Assembly: GCA_965279515.1 (NCBI GenBank)
Contig: CBDIID010000003.1
Span: 4,640,001-4,704,000 of the forward strand
From: Turneriella sp.
Lineage (GTDB): Bacteria > Spirochaetota > Leptospiria > Turneriellales > Turneriellaceae
Direction of reading: 5' to 3'
Length of the DNA stretch: 64,000 nucleotides
A program made the translations under genes and the position numbers. Shown here piece after piece: positions 17,730-29,269 of the stretch (within the stretch, counting starts at the first letter, position 1; the number at the start of each line of letters is the position of its first letter). The notes below the pieces were generated by a model. That model was not told the DNA's origin and ran no database searches. It worked only from the letters and a program-made list of their open reading frames with translations.

Positions 17730-20486
17730 TTGGCCTTTACGCAGCAATCCCCCGCAAGATTATGTCTCATCGTGGAACAGGGGAAACTCAATTTTGATGC
17801 CTCTCCCGGCGCAGAAAACCCGGGAAAAGCGCTGCGCCATGTCCTGAAAGCCGATGGCGAAGACCTGGAAGTCATGCTGCATTTGCCTGAGCTCGTAGCG
17901 CCGGAAACAGCAGCGAATCCCTGCGCCATGACGCCGATTTACGCGCGCCTGTGGGATCTCATGGAGCGCTATTACCGCGAACCGCTGGCTGTCTTTTCGT
18001 CATCCCGCACGATGCTGCTACCACACCAGGTCGAGGCCGCCCTCAAGGTCGTTTCAGCGTCGCGGCCGCGCTTCCTGATTGCCGACGAAGTGGGTCTCGG
18101 CAAAACCATCGAGGCCGGGCTCATTCTCAAAGAGCTGAAGCTCAAGCATGGCTACCGCAAGATTCTCATCGTCGTGCCTTCGCCGCTCTTGGCGCAATGG
18201 CAGCAAGAGCTGAAAACTAAATTCGCCGAAGATTTTACAATTTTAAGCGGGGATGTCATGCGGCGGGGGAAACCTTTTGCAGCAGGAACACAATTTCTCG
18301 TTTCCGTAGATCTCGCGAAAGACGAGCGTTATCTCGAAACCTTCCTCGCTCAGAATTTCGACTTGGTGGTTTTTGACGAAGCACACCGGCTGCGCCGTGA
18401 CGCGAATCAGATCACGCAGGCCTGGCACTTTGCGCATGCTATCAGCCAGAATGTCGAAGGTCTTTTGTTGCTCTCAGCGACACCGTTTCGCGGCAAGCTC
18501 GAAGAAATCTTCTTTCTGATTCAGCTGCTCGACCCCGATATCCTGGGCCCGCTGGCGACGTTTCAGACGCAGTTCGCGCAGGATGCCTCGCTGTTGCGTG
18601 ACCGGCTTTCCCCGGTGGTGATTCGGCGCCGCAAGATCGATGTCGGCGGTTTTACCAAACGTTTTGCGAAAACGGTCAAGATCGACCTGACGCGTGATGA
18701 GCGTACCTTCTACGACCGCACAACCGAATACGTGAAGACAGAATTCAACCGGGCCTTATCGCGCGGCGAGAATTTGAAAACCTTTATTATGATCGTGTTC
18801 CAGAAACTCCTGGATTCATCGCCGTATGCGCTGATGAAGGCGCTCGAGGGCCGCCGCGCCCGGCTCGAAGGCCTTTATTTCCGCGTCATGCACGAAATTT
18901 CCGAGAGTGAAGACGTCGCGACAGCAGTGCGCGAGTTTCAGGAAGAAGAGGGTTTCCAGGAGAGCGAGATCCTGAATCCGCAGGAAATCCGCGCAGAAAT
19001 TCAGACACTGACGCATCTTGCGCTTTTAGGTAAAAAAATCGAAACCGACAGTAAGCTGACACACCTGAAAAAGACTCTGAAGACGATGCAGTCGACGGGG
19101 CATAAAAAATTCGTCATCTTTACGCAGTTTAAATCCACGCTCGAATACCTGAAGATGAACCTGACGGGTTACAAGGTCGTCGGTTTCCATGGCGGACTGA
19201 ATTTTGAGCAGAAAGAGGAAGCGATCAGGCAATTTTTTGCCGATGTCGAGATTCTCATCTGTACCGAGGCGGGGGGCGAGGGCCGTAACCTGCAGATCGC
19301 GGCTTGCCTCATCAACTACGACCTGCCATGGAGTCCGCTAAAACTTGAGCAGCGGATCGGCCGCATCCACCGTTTCGGGCAGACGCGCGATGTGCACATC
19401 GTCAATTTCGCCTGCCGCGACACCGTTGCCGAGCGCGTCGTCGAAGTGCTCGAAGAGAAGATCCGCCTGTTTGAAAATGCGCTGGGGCCGTCGGATACGC
19501 TGCTCGGCGTATTTGAGAGCGAATATAAATTCGGCCGCAGCCTGATGTCGTTTCTCGGCGCGAAAAAGACGAAGCGCGAGCACAACGAAGAACTCGAACG
19601 CAGTCTTTTTCTAGCGAAAGAAAACCTGATCAACGTCGACAGGCTGATTTCAACCGAACACATGAGTTTTAATCTCGCCGCATTCAAACACGCGCAGGGT
19701 GAGGGTGGCGACCGCAGCGGCGAGAGCGGCCGCGAGCTGGCGCGCGTGATGAGCGATTATGCCGCACTGCGCAGTATTGCTCACAAGAGCGACGCTAAAG
19801 CGGTTGAGTTCGGCGACGGAAATTTGCCGGCGCGGCGTGGCACCTTCGATCACGAGGCGGCGACAAACTGCGTCGATCTGGAATTTTTCGCCTTCGGGCA
19901 TGACCTGATCGACCGTTTTGCATCGGATATTATCGCCGCCGCAGAAGAGGCGCCCGTGGTGCGCAGCGATGCCCGGCGCAGCGGTATGTTATTCTTTTTC
20001 GCACTGACGCTCGAACTTGACAAGAAGTATAAGCGGATGTACCGCGTATGGCTGCCTAAATTCGAAGACGGCGAGGCGCCTGATTTTCTTCCGGATGTGC
20101 CTGCTGGCGCCGCCAAGCCGTTCACCCCGGATAAAGCCTGGCTGAAAGCCGCGGCGGTTCGCGCCATGGATAAGATTGCACCGAAGATCACAGGGGATGT
20201 CCGTGCGATTCTCACGAAAATACGCCCGTCGGAGAGCTACTGGCATTACCGCATCGTCGATTCCGCGGCGGCGCGCAAAAATACCATCGAAGAAAAGCTG
20301 GAAATCCAGCGCGGCAAGCTCAAATGGTATGGTGGAAAATTTGCCGGTACGGTTTCCAAGCTTGCGGGCGATAAACGCCGCAGCGAACGCGCGGAATATG
20401 AACGCCTACAGCGCAGTCATTCGCGCCTGAATCCGAAAATCGTCATCGACCTGAAAAAGGTTTGCGTACTATCTAACGAACATTGA
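17730..20486 (+). CDS. SNF2-family (RapA/HepA-like) ATPase
   Basis: PHQ, ADEVGLGKT, DEAH, SATP, EAGGEGRNLQ and EQRIGRIHRFGQ; start uncertain. Confidence 0.9.
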   Translation: MAFTQQSPARLCLIVEQGKLNFDASPGAENPGKALRHVLKADGEDLEVMLHLPELVAPETAANPCAMTPIYARLWDLMERYYREPLAVFSSSRTMLLPHQVEAALKVVSASRPRFLIADEVGLGKTIEAGLILKELKLKHGYRKILIVVPSPLLAQWQQELKTKFAEDFTILSGDVMRRGKPFAAGTQFLVSVDLAKDERYLETFLAQNFDLVVFDEAHRLRRDANQITQAWHFAHAISQNVEGLLLLSATPFRGKLEEIFFLIQLLDPDILGPLATFQTQFAQDASLLRDRLSPVVIRRRKIDVGGFTKRFAKTVKIDLTRDERTFYDRTTEYVKTEFNRALSRGENLKTFIMIVFQKLLDSSPYALMKALEGRRARLEGLYFRVMHEISESEDVATAVREFQEEEGFQESEILNPQEIRAEIQTLTHLALLGKKIETDSKLTHLKKTLKTMQSTGHKKFVIFTQFKSTLEYLKMNLTGYKVVGFHGGLNFEQKEEAIRQFFADVEILICTEAGGEGRNLQIAACLINYDLPWSPLKLEQRIGRIHRFGQTRDVHIVNFACRDTVAERVVEVLEEKIRLFENALGPSDTLLGVFESEYKFGRSLMSFLGAKKTKREHNEELERSLFLAKENLINVDRLISTEHMSFNLAAFKHAQGEGGDRSGESGRELARVMSDYAALRSIAHKSDAKAVEFGDGNLPARRGTFDHEAATNCVDLEFFAFGHDLIDRFASDIIAAAEEAPVVRSDARRSGMLFFFALTLELDKKYKRMYRVWLPKFEDGEAPDFLPDVPAGAAKPFTPDKAWLKAAAVRAMDKIAPKITGDVRAILTKIRPSESYWHYRIVDSAAARKNTIEEKLEIQRGKLKWYGGKFAGTVSKLAGDKRRSERAEYERLQRSHSRLNPKIVIDLKKVCVLSNEH

Positions 20487-20495
20487 TTAACGGTA

Positions 20496-21842
20496 ATGGG
20501 ACTCATCGACGACGTTAAAACGTCGGTTGCGGCTGCGGGGCGTGTCGCTCAAACATCTTTCGTTTTCGCCCGCCATGCGCAGTTTTTTGCGCGGCTGGTA
20601 GCTAATCCGTCTGCGCCTGAAAATGCGCGTGAACTGCGGCGCATTTTTGAAACGCTCGGCGCGACGTATATTAAGCTCGGGCAGTTTATTGCCTCAGCGC
20701 CGGGAATTTTTCCCGATGCCTATGTCACAGAAATGCAGGCCCTGCTGGATCGCACGAGCCCGGTCGATTTCGCCGATCTCGAAAAGATCCTGAAAGCCGA
20801 GCTGGGCAGCGACTACCGCAAGAATTTCCGCAATATCGAAGAGATTCCCCTGGCATCGGCCTCGATCGCGCAGGTGCATGCGGCGACACTTGCCGACGGG
20901 CAGGCGGTGGTGCTGAAAATACAGCGGCCCAATATCGAAGCGAAGATGGATGCCGATTTAGGGCTTATGTCGTTCGCGGCGCGCTTTCTCGAAGTCATGC
21001 TGCCCGAAACCAAACGTGTCGGCGTCACCGACGTCATCCATGAACTCGGGCGCTCGATGGCCGACGAAACCGATTTTCTCGCCGAGGCGAAGAACATCGC
21101 TGACTTTGATGCGTTTCTCACCAATACCAATGAACGCGATGTGGTCGTGCCGCAGGTCGTCAAACGCCTGAGCACGAAGCGCGTGCTGACGATGTCGCGC
21201 CTCTACGGGGCGCCGCTCACTGACCTTGAGGTGGTGCGCAAGTATGCAAAAAACCCGCAGGCCGTGCTCGAAAAGGCGCTGGCTACCTGGTTTCAGTCGC
21301 TCGCGCTCGCGGGCTTTTTCCACGCCGATGTGCATGCGGGCAACCTCATGATTCTCGAAGACGGTAAGATCGGCTTCCTCGATTTCGGCATTGTCGGGCG
21401 CTTCAGCCCGAAGGTTTTCGAATCGCTGTGGCTGCTGATTCAGGGGCTCGGCGATCGTGACTATAAGCTGATTGCAAAATCCCTGATCGGTCTCGATGCG
21501 ACGGGTGGCGGCGGCGAAAAAGTCGAAGAAGAAAAATTCGCGGCAGAATTAAAATCGGTGTTTGAAAAGGTAAACAGTTTCGGTAAGACTGTCGAGAAGG
21601 CGATGGCGCGCGGCGACGAACTGCGTGTCGACGAGGCCGATCTCAATGCGATGGTTTTACAGATCGCCGGGGTTGCGCGCCAAAACGGCCTTAAGATTCC
21701 GCGCGAGTTTGCACTCCTCATCAAGCAGATGCTCTATTTTGACCGCTACGCGCAGATTCTCGCGCCGGGTATGTCGGTCTATTCGCTGAGCCAGGAGGCT
21801 CACCGAGCCGACGGCCAACCCAAATTTCTGCCGAAAAGCTGA
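20496..21842 (+). CDS. ABC1/UbiB atypical kinase
   Basis: YIKLGQ, SASIAQVH, KIQRP, FFHADVHAGN, DFG. Confidence 0.92.
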   Translation: MGLIDDVKTSVAAAGRVAQTSFVFARHAQFFARLVANPSAPENARELRRIFETLGATYIKLGQFIASAPGIFPDAYVTEMQALLDRTSPVDFADLEKILKAELGSDYRKNFRNIEEIPLASASIAQVHAATLADGQAVVLKIQRPNIEAKMDADLGLMSFAARFLEVMLPETKRVGVTDVIHELGRSMADETDFLAEAKNIADFDAFLTNTNERDVVVPQVVKRLSTKRVLTMSRLYGAPLTDLEVVRKYAKNPQAVLEKALATWFQSLALAGFFHADVHAGNLMILEDGKIGFLDFGIVGRFSPKVFESLWLLIQGLGDRDYKLIAKSLIGLDATGGGGEKVEEEKFAAELKSVFEKVNSFGKTVEKAMARGDELRVDEADLNAMVLQIAGVARQNGLKIPREFALLIKQMLYFDRYAQILAPGMSVYSLSQEAHRADGQPKFLPKS

Positions 21843-22907
21843 TTAGCCGTAGCGGAAGAGGTGCTTCTGGATGCGTTCGTCTTCCCGGGCCAGTGCATAA
21901 CGTGCGAGGACGGCTGTCAATTTCGGCTTTTTAAGGCGCGCGAGCGAACGCACGGCGTCAACGACGGCCAGTGGGTAGCCTGAGCGATACGAAGCCATAA
22001 AGTAACGCACTGCCCGGCGCAGGTTTTTCTCAAACCGGTAAATTTTCGCCAGCGCAAAATAATCGCGCGCATCGAGCGCACGGTCAGTCCGCTGCAGCAA
22101 AGTCTTCTGCTGCGCGCGGTCGGCGCTTTTATCGCGGTGGATCTTGTATGCCCAGGTGGTATTGCCGGCGCGCGCCAGCTCGAAGGCCGCCGCGACACGC
22201 CGCATGAGGCTGATCAGTGTCAGGACATCCCACTGGTTATGGTTGAGGATTTTTTCCTTGAGTGCCGTATTTTCGAAGCGCACGAGTTCAAAATACGCCT
22301 GCGCGACTTCGGCTCCGCCGAGGTCGCCTGCGCGCGTGAAACCCAAAAGCCGTGTTTCGGCGTCGATGAGGCGCGCAGGCTTCTCGGGGTAAATCCGCCG
22401 GATCAGGTGGAAGAGGTCGACATGCGGCAGCGCGGCGAGGTTATGCTTCAGGTTGTATTTTGCCGCGCGGCGCATGATGAGCGGCAGGTCGAAGGATTTT
22501 CCGTTAAAAGAGACGAGGATGGAATTCTGTGCGGCGGTAATGAATGCGCGAAGAATATCTTCTTCGCCCGCAGGCGTCGCGGCAAAAAGAGTCGTGAGAT
22601 CTGCCCCCTGGCCCTGCGGTGCGGCATAACCGATAAGAAAGGGATATACCTGTTCTGCAGAGCCCAACCCCGTGCTCTCGAGATCGAAAAACAGCAGCCG
22701 GCTTTTATCTTCTGCGCGCAAAAAGTCGAGCGCGACACGGTCGGGTAGTTGCAGCGCTTCGCGCGAGAGCGGGTGATTGTCAAAAAGGGTCCGGACAGAT
22801 TCGAAGTGAATTATGTCCTGCGCGCTTTTTTTCTGCGGGGCCGCCTTGTTATACGCTTTCAGCCGGTCGCCGAGAGAACCGGCGCCGGGCCGGGCACCCG
22901 CGCTCAT
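21843..22907 (-). CDS. RNase H-like (YprB/MrfB-type) exonuclease with C-terminal TPR-like helices
   Basis: FFDLESTGL, SFNGKSFDLP, HVDL, HNQWDV. Confidence 0.85.
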   Translation of the reverse strand: MSAGARPGAGSLGDRLKAYNKAAPQKKSAQDIIHFESVRTLFDNHPLSREALQLPDRVALDFLRAEDKSRLLFFDLESTGLGSAEQVYPFLIGYAAPQGQGADLTTLFAATPAGEEDILRAFITAAQNSILVSFNGKSFDLPLIMRRAAKYNLKHNLAALPHVDLFHLIRRIYPEKPARLIDAETRLLGFTRAGDLGGAEVAQAYFELVRFENTALKEKILNHNQWDVLTLISLMRRVAAAFELARAGNTTWAYKIHRDKSADRAQQKTLLQRTDRALDARDYFALAKIYRFEKNLRRAVRYFMASYRSGYPLAVVDAVRSLARLKKPKLTAVLARYALAREDERIQKHLFRYG

Positions 22908-24079
22908 TGCAGACCGTAAAGGCCCTGGAGTTCTTCGAGTTGCGGCCCCAGTATCGAGGTGATGCCTTCTTTTGCAGCCGCGACAGTTACCTGTAGCAGC
23001 GACATTTTCAGCGCAGTGCGTTTTTCGGCGAGATTGCCGCTGTTTTCAAAAATACCGATGAGTTGCCCGTAGAGGCTCTGCGCGAGTTGCGGCGGCATAC
23101 CCTTTTGCTGCCCGGCAGCGAGCGCGCGCGACAGTGAAGTTGAAACTTTGCGGTAGGCTTCGACCTCGTCTTTGAGTTTATTTGCAGCACCCGCGTCGAT
23201 CTGCGCGCGCTGCATCACCTTGTGGATTTCCTCAGACCAGGCGACGGCTTGCCCCTGGGCCTCTTTCTGAAACAGCGTGTAGTAGGTGTAGGCCGCCTGC
23301 TGCAGCGGCGGCAATGACTGGTAATATTTTGCATAGGCGGCCTGGTCCTGCGCCTTCACATAACGTGCGACCGTATTCACAACCTGGACAAATGTGCGGA
23401 ATGTCATCTGCTGCGCAACGAGCGGCGCGCCGGGGCTGTCGGCCTCGTCGTCGCCTGAGCCGTCCCCGGTATCGGGGGTGTAGCTCAGCGGGCGTGCTGT
23501 AATAAAGAAGGATGCATATTTGCCCAGCAGCATTTCGCCGGGCTGCGGTTTAGGGCCCGCACCGGCAGGGGCTTCACCCGGCAGTACGAGCTCTGCCGAC
23601 TTCAGCTTTTCTTCGGCGTCGGCCTCGGGATCAAAGGGCTTGTACGTCAGCGGGGGAGCCGAGGCGAAGGCGCCGGCGAACAGCATGATGAGGTCGTTCG
23701 TCGGCACGCGGTACGGATTTTCATACTCCGCCTTGAATTTAGGAATTTCGGTTTCGAGCAGCTTCTCTTTTACCTTTTCGAGCTGCGGCATAAAATTCTG
23801 GCCGATGTACGCGCCGAGCCGGCCGGCATTGGGCTCTTTGATGAATGCGGCGAATTGCGGCAGCTGGTCGAAATAGTCGTCGAGCTTTTTGATGATACCC
23901 ATGGTAAACGCCGGCAGCTTCTGCGACAAGACCTGCGCTTCGGCCGGCGGTGTTTTGAGCGCCTGCTGGGCATAATGTACGAGCAGGCGCTGCATCGTCG
24001 TCAGGTAAGCGCGTTCGACTCCGGTTTCGGAGAGCTCGTACGCCCCCTCGGATTTTTTACTGATCAATGGTTGCAGCAT
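22904..24079 (-). CDS. Hypothetical helical protein
   Basis: 391 aa ORF tightly packed in operon. Confidence 0.75.
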   Translation of the reverse strand: MLQPLISKKSEGAYELSETGVERAYLTTMQRLLVHYAQQALKTPPAEAQVLSQKLPAFTMGIIKKLDDYFDQLPQFAAFIKEPNAGRLGAYIGQNFMPQLEKVKEKLLETEIPKFKAEYENPYRVPTNDLIMLFAGAFASAPPLTYKPFDPEADAEEKLKSAELVLPGEAPAGAGPKPQPGEMLLGKYASFFITARPLSYTPDTGDGSGDDEADSPGAPLVAQQMTFRTFVQVVNTVARYVKAQDQAAYAKYYQSLPPLQQAAYTYYTLFQKEAQGQAVAWSEEIHKVMQRAQIDAGAANKLKDEVEAYRKVSTSLSRALAAGQQKGMPPQLAQSLYGQLIGIFENSGNLAEKRTALKMSLLQVTVAAAKEGITSILGPQLEELQGLYGLQ

Positions 24080-24081
24080 CG

Positions 24082-24522
24082 TTAGTTGCCCGAACCTGCG
24101 CGTAAAAAATAGTCCGTAGCGAGCAAATAACCCTCGGCGCCGAGGCCGACGATCACGCCTTGTGCAATCGCACTCAGGTAAGATTTATGCCGGAATTCTT
24201 CACGCGCATAGACATTCGAAATGTGGACTTCAATGAAGGGTACTTTGGTGGCCGAGAGCGCATCGCGGATACCGATCGAAGTATGTGTCAATGATGCTGC
24301 ATTGAGAATCAGGCGATCGCTGTCTTTGAGGTTTTGCAGGTAGGTTATGATTTCACCCTCATTGTTCGACTGGAAAAAAACCAGCTCGGCCTTGCCCGTA
24401 GCATGCGCGCGGATTTTCGCTTCGAGGTCGGCGAGGCTGAACGTTCCGTAAAAGCCCGCTTCGCGCTTGCCGAGCATGTTCAAATTGGGTCCGTTGACGA
24501 CGACGAGCCGCATATCAGTCAC
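24082..24522 (-). CDS. aroQ: Type II 3-dehydroquinate dehydratase
   Basis: NGPNLNMLGKRE, QSNNEG, EVHISNVYARE. Confidence 0.96.
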   Translation of the reverse strand: MTDMRLVVVNGPNLNMLGKREAGFYGTFSLADLEAKIRAHATGKAELVFFQSNNEGEIITYLQNLKDSDRLILNAASLTHTSIGIRDALSATKVPFIEVHISNVYAREEFRHKSYLSAIAQGVIVGLGAEGYLLATDYFLRAGSGN

Positions 24523-25606
24523 CCAACGTCTGAAATTCTTTCAGGCTCGCAAGCAGTTCCTGCTCCGCTACGGGGCGCGGCAATTCACAGCTGCCTGGGC
24601 CTTTCAACAGGACAAAACGGATATCGCCCGCCATATTCTTCTTATCGGCACGCATCAGCCGAATGAGTTCATTTACTTTAACGCCCTTGGGGAAGGCATC
24701 GCTGAGGCGCGCAGGCAGGTTATATTTTTGTAGGATACTATCGATACGGCCCTCATCAGCCGTACTCAGTGAGCCGATGCGGCGCGACAGCAGTGCGGCG
24801 AAACGTTGGCCGATCGCGACTGCCTCGCCGTGTAATATTCCCTTATATCGGGTCTTCGTTTCGATGGCATGCGCGAGTGTGTGGCCAAAATTCAGGAAAG
24901 CACGTATGTTTTGCTCTTTCTCGTCTTTAGCGACGATGTCTGCCTTGATGCGGATGCACGCTGCGGAAAGCATGGCAAGGAAATCCACATCGGCGCGCTT
25001 CTCGTTATAGGTATGGCTTTCGAGGGTTTTGACCAGGGCGGCATCGGCAATGAGGGCGGTCTTCACCGATTCCGAGAGGCCGCAGCGGATTTCCCGCACC
25101 GGCAAAGTCTTCAATAAAGAAGGAATAACAAACACAGCCTGAGGCTGGTGAAAAACTCCCACGAGGTTCTTACCTGAGGTAATGTTGACCGCGGTTTTAC
25201 CGCCGACGGAAGAATCGACCATGGCGAGCAGCGTGGTGGGAATCTGCACGAACGGTATGCCGCGCATGAAGACGCCGGCGAGAAAACCCGTGAGATCGCC
25301 TATGACACCGCCGCCGATCGCGATCAGGCGCGAGTGCCGGGTTGCGCCGCCACGCACGAGCAGGTTCGTGGTTTTTTCCAGCGAAAGAAAACTCTTGCTG
25401 CCTTCACCCGGGGCAATGCGTATGAAGGTAACGTGGGGCAGGGCCTTACGGAAGACTTTTCCGTGTAAGCGGTCGACCTTCGCATCGATGAGAGCGAATT
25501 CTTTTCCTTTGACGGGTTTTAAATGCCCCGCGATTCCCGCGGGTGCATCGCTATAACGCACATCATACGACCTGTCGCCGAGCTTTACCGGAATGACAGT
25601 CTGCAC
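24515..25606 (-). CDS. aroB: 3-dehydroquinate synthase
   Basis: GGGVIGDL, PTTLLAMVDSSVGGKT, LNFGHTLAHAIE, HGEAV. Confidence 0.96.
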   Translation of the reverse strand: MQTVIPVKLGDRSYDVRYSDAPAGIAGHLKPVKGKEFALIDAKVDRLHGKVFRKALPHVTFIRIAPGEGSKSFLSLEKTTNLLVRGGATRHSRLIAIGGGVIGDLTGFLAGVFMRGIPFVQIPTTLLAMVDSSVGGKTAVNITSGKNLVGVFHQPQAVFVIPSLLKTLPVREIRCGLSESVKTALIADAALVKTLESHTYNEKRADVDFLAMLSAACIRIKADIVAKDEKEQNIRAFLNFGHTLAHAIETKTRYKGILHGEAVAIGQRFAALLSRRIGSLSTADEGRIDSILQKYNLPARLSDAFPKGVKVNELIRLMRADKKNMAGDIRFVLLKGPGSCELPRPVAEQELLASLKEFQTLGD

Positions 25607-25613
25607 GCGGAAA

Positions 25614-26939
25614 TTAAATCTCGCCGATCAACTGGTCGAGCTTCTGCACGGCCGCATCCATCGTCGCTTTGCGGACATTGAGCGGCGGTGCGAGGCGCAG
25701 CACCGAGTTGCCGCCGCGCGCCATGAGCAGCCCAAGCTGGATACCTTTCTCGAGCAGTGGGCGCGCTTCGATCGAATCCTTGAGTACGATACCGATCAGG
25801 AGGCCCAGGCCCCTTATCTCGACAATTTTATCAGGATATTTTTCCTTGAGTTTGTTCAACGCCGACATCAGGTAGCGCGAAGATGCCTGCACGTGATCGA
25901 GAATTTTCTCCGACTCGATTGTGCGCACGACTTCATAGGCGACGGCGGTCGCGAGGTGGTTGCCGCCGAAGGTCGAACCGTGCATACCTTTTTCAAAAAC
26001 GCCGGCATATTTCTCGGCGACAAGCATGGCGCCGATGGGAAATCCCCCGCCCAAACCCTTTGCCATGGTGAGAATATCGGGAATCACCCCGTAGTGCTGG
26101 TAGGCGAAATAATGACCGCTTCTGCCCATGCCGCACTGGATTTCGTCGAAGCAGAGCAGGGCGTTCTCTTCGTTGCAGCGTGCCCGTGCGATCTTGATGA
26201 AATCCGGCGAAAGCGGAATCACACCCGACTCGCCGAGTACCGGTTCTAAGATCACGCCGCACGTCGTTGAATCGATGGCCGCAGAGAGACCGGCGATATC
26301 ATCGATGGCTACGAATTCCACGTGGCCGAGAATTTCTCCGAAACCTTTTTGGATTTTATCCTGGCCGGTAACCGAAAGGGCACCAAAGGTGCGGCCATGG
26401 AAACCATCCCTGACGGCAACAATCTTCTGCCGCGCGGGGGATTTTGTCTGGCCATGAGCGCGCATAAATTTGATCGCGGCTTCATTCGCCTCTGTGCCTG
26501 AATTGCAGAAGAATACCTTACCGGGAAAATTAATCTCGACCAGCGCCTGTGCGAGCTGCGCCTGCTGCTGGTTAAAGAACAGGTTCGATGTATGCCAGAG
26601 CATTTCGGCCTGCGTCGTCAGCGCCGCGATGAGATCGGAGTGTGCATGGCCCAGCGCAGTCACGGCGATGCCGCTCAGGAAATCGATATACTCTTTTCCG
26701 TCGGTATCAAACAGGCGGTCGCCTGCGCCGTAGTGGAAGGCCACCGGCATGCGGGCATAGGTTTGCAGAACATATTTTTCGTCGAGGTCACGGATCTCTT
26801 GCAGCGACAGGCGCGCCGCCGGATCGAATGCATTGATTTCGCGTTTTCCTGCATGCACCGGCAGGTTTGTTTCCGCGATTCCGTAGAGATCTTTTGCGCT
26901 TTCGGCTATTTTAATCTCGCCTTTACTGTCTTCCGCCAT
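25614..26939 (-). CDS. argD: Acetylornithine aminotransferase (class III PLP)
   Basis: NSGTEANE, FHGRT, DEIQCGMGR, AKGLGGG, HGSTFGGN. Confidence 0.9.
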   Translation of the reverse strand: MAEDSKGEIKIAESAKDLYGIAETNLPVHAGKREINAFDPAARLSLQEIRDLDEKYVLQTYARMPVAFHYGAGDRLFDTDGKEYIDFLSGIAVTALGHAHSDLIAALTTQAEMLWHTSNLFFNQQQAQLAQALVEINFPGKVFFCNSGTEANEAAIKFMRAHGQTKSPARQKIVAVRDGFHGRTFGALSVTGQDKIQKGFGEILGHVEFVAIDDIAGLSAAIDSTTCGVILEPVLGESGVIPLSPDFIKIARARCNEENALLCFDEIQCGMGRSGHYFAYQHYGVIPDILTMAKGLGGGFPIGAMLVAEKYAGVFEKGMHGSTFGGNHLATAVAYEVVRTIESEKILDHVQASSRYLMSALNKLKEKYPDKIVEIRGLGLLIGIVLKDSIEARPLLEKGIQLGLLMARGGNSVLRLAPPLNVRKATMDAAVQKLDQLIGEI

Positions 26940-27000
26940 ATGCCTTGACGGGTCGGCCAGACAGGGCGTCGAGAAGATGGCTATTGTGGGGCAAGCGGGT

Positions 27001-29169
27001 TCAGGCCGGGTTGCGCACCTTAAAATTCCAGGCCGTGTTGAGCGTCACTGTCAGTTTTTCGGCGGTAATCGGTTTCGTGAGGTAGCCGTCCATTCCCGCA
27101 GCTTCACAGTCGCGGCGGTCGTCGACCGTGGCGTTGGCCGTGAGGCCAACAACGTATGTCAGTGCGGCATTTTCCATACGGCGGATTTCCCGCGTGGCTG
27201 AGAGGCCATCCACCTCGGGCATGCGCACATCCATGAAGACTAAATCGTAATGCTGCCGGCGTACGCTGTCAATCGCCTCGCGCCCGTTGCCGGCAAAATC
27301 TGATGTATAGCCAAAACGTGTCAGCATTGTCTGGATGACCATCTGGTTGATGGCATTATCTTCGACGACGAGAACTTTGAGCGGTTTCTGTGCAGCGAGG
27401 GACGCATCGAATGCAGGCATGGCCGGGGGTTGCCCAATATTTTTTCCCGGGCCAAACAGGCCCTGTATTGTATCGTGCAGCCGCGAAGGTTTAATGGGCT
27501 TTGTCAGCACGCGGTCGAATAACCCCTCTGCAGGTTTTTCAAACGATGTCGAGCTCACCAGTACCATGGGGCCCGTGGCATTCGCGGCCCGCAAAGCCTG
27601 TGCGAGCTCGGCGCCGTCCATCTCAGGCATCCGCAGGTCGAGCAGGTAGACATCGAAGCGCTCGCTGTTGCGCACCCGGTCGAGCGCATCCTTGGGGCGC
27701 AGCTCGGTAACACAGCGCATTCCCCATTTGCTGAGATAACTCTGGATAATCCGGAGGTTGGTTTCATTGTCATCGACGGCAAGGGCAGTCAGGCCCTTGA
27801 GTGTGCCGGAGTCTTCGAGGTATTGCGGCAGGGGCAGCGCCGCTGCTGCAGCTGTGATTGTCACGTGGAAGGTCGAACCGTGGTGGCGTGCGGATTCAAA
27901 TGCCACCGTGCCGCCCATCGCCTCGGCAAGGCGGCGGCAGATCACGAGCCCCAGGCCTGTGCCGCCATGGCTGCGTGTGATGGAGGTGTCGGCCTGGCCG
28001 AACGGCTGAAAAAGCCGCTGCGATTCTTCGGGGGTAATGCCCCGACCGGTATCGCGCACACGGAAATGGATGCGGTAGTGCCCTGCGCCCAGTTTTTCGG
28101 CATCGACGGCGACCATGACCTCGCCGCGCTCGGTGAACTTAACCGCATTCGAGAGCAGGTTGACGAGAATCTGTTTGAGCCTGCCGGCGTCAGAGAGAAT
28201 GCTTTCGGGAACATTGTCACTGAAGGTGTAGCCGAGTTCGAGGTGTTTTTCATCCGCCTTCATAGCCACCATGTCGAGAGATTCTTCGACCGCGGTGCGC
28301 AGCGAAAATGGATAATGTTCGATCTCCATTTTGCCCGCTTCGATCTTGGCGAAATCGAGAATGTCGTTGATGATGTTCAGCAGGTGCTCGCTCGAGCCGC
28401 GCAGTATGCCTGCGAACTCGCGCTGCTCGGCAGTCAGCGGTGTATCTGAAATCAGGCTCGTCATACCGATGATGGCATTCATCGGTGTGCGGATCTCATG
28501 CGACATGCTGGCGAGAAACTCAGACTTGATGCGCGCCTCGCGTTCCGCGACTTCTTTCTCGACCCGCAGCTGCGCCGATTCCGATTCCGCACGCATCATC
28601 AGCAGGGAACGTGTCGCAAAAGTATCGCGGATACGCAAAAATAACAGGGACAAGGCGAGCAGCGCGATGACGCCGCCGGCGACGTCGAGCCATGCCATGA
28701 GCACCGGAGGAAATCCCGACGTGTAACCCAGGTTGCGCACGACAAGGGCGTTGAGTCCCGTGAGTATGGCGAGTACCACAAAGATGCGGGGGATCTTGCC
28801 CTGTGCATACTGCAGCGCGAAGGCAAAAGGAATAAAGCTCGCGACCACGTAGGTCGTCGATTGTTCGGGTAAGATGTAGGTAATCACCCAGAGCGTGGCG
28901 ATGACAGACGAACAAAAAACCACAACGCCGGAGTGCAGGCGCTCCCTGACGATCAGGCGCCGGCCTGCTTCATAGCCGAGGCCCGCGGCGAAGGTCGCCG
29001 CTGCTACGGCGGCAAGTCTCATGCTTGAAATACAGGCGGCGGCGGCACCGAAGATGGCAGCGTAGGTGAAAGTCATCCACATGCAGAACCGGGTAACAGC
29101 CCCCGCACGCCGGATATCCATCGCGTTGAAGGCGAGATGCTCCCGGGCAACTTTATTGCGCTCTGGCAT
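27001..29169 (-). CDS. Membrane hybrid histidine kinase with two receiver domains
   Basis: [19 protein letters not shown] and GGTGLGL; two REC domains; start moved to ATG 29169 to avoid overlap with the + gene. Confidence 0.9.
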   Translation of the reverse strand: MPERNKVAREHLAFNAMDIRRAGAVTRFCMWMTFTYAAIFGAAAACISSMRLAAVAAATFAAGLGYEAGRRLIVRERLHSGVVVFCSSVIATLWVITYILPEQSTTYVVASFIPFAFALQYAQGKIPRIFVVLAILTGLNALVVRNLGYTSGFPPVLMAWLDVAGGVIALLALSLLFLRIRDTFATRSLLMMRAESESAQLRVEKEVAEREARIKSEFLASMSHEIRTPMNAIIGMTSLISDTPLTAEQREFAGILRGSSEHLLNIINDILDFAKIEAGKMEIEHYPFSLRTAVEESLDMVAMKADEKHLELGYTFSDNVPESILSDAGRLKQILVNLLSNAVKFTERGEVMVAVDAEKLGAGHYRIHFRVRDTGRGITPEESQRLFQPFGQADTSITRSHGGTGLGLVICRRLAEAMGGTVAFESARHHGSTFHVTITAAAAALPLPQYLEDSGTLKGLTALAVDDNETNLRIIQSYLSKWGMRCVTELRPKDALDRVRNSERFDVYLLDLRMPEMDGAELAQALRAANATGPMVLVSSTSFEKPAEGLFDRVLTKPIKPSRLHDTIQGLFGPGKNIGQPPAMPAFDASLAAQKPLKVLVVEDNAINQMVIQTMLTRFGYTSDFAGNGREAIDSVRRQHYDLVFMDVRMPEVDGLSATREIRRMENAALTYVVGLTANATVDDRRDCEAAGMDGYLTKPITAEKLTVTLNTAWNFKVRNPA

Positions 29170-29269
29170 GGGCAGCAGCCAGTTTGCCACAGTTACCCAA
29201 AAAGTCAGCGAGAAATTGACCTTCGCTTCGCATGCCTTGACGGAGTGATTCGCGGAGGCGTTTGGCCTC

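Noticed and set aside
17730..22907. Defence or repair system of SNF2 helicase + RNase H-like nuclease (DISARM or MrfAB-like)
   Set aside because: The genes are convergent in different operons; no methylase, DUF1998 or PLD partner; housekeeping context
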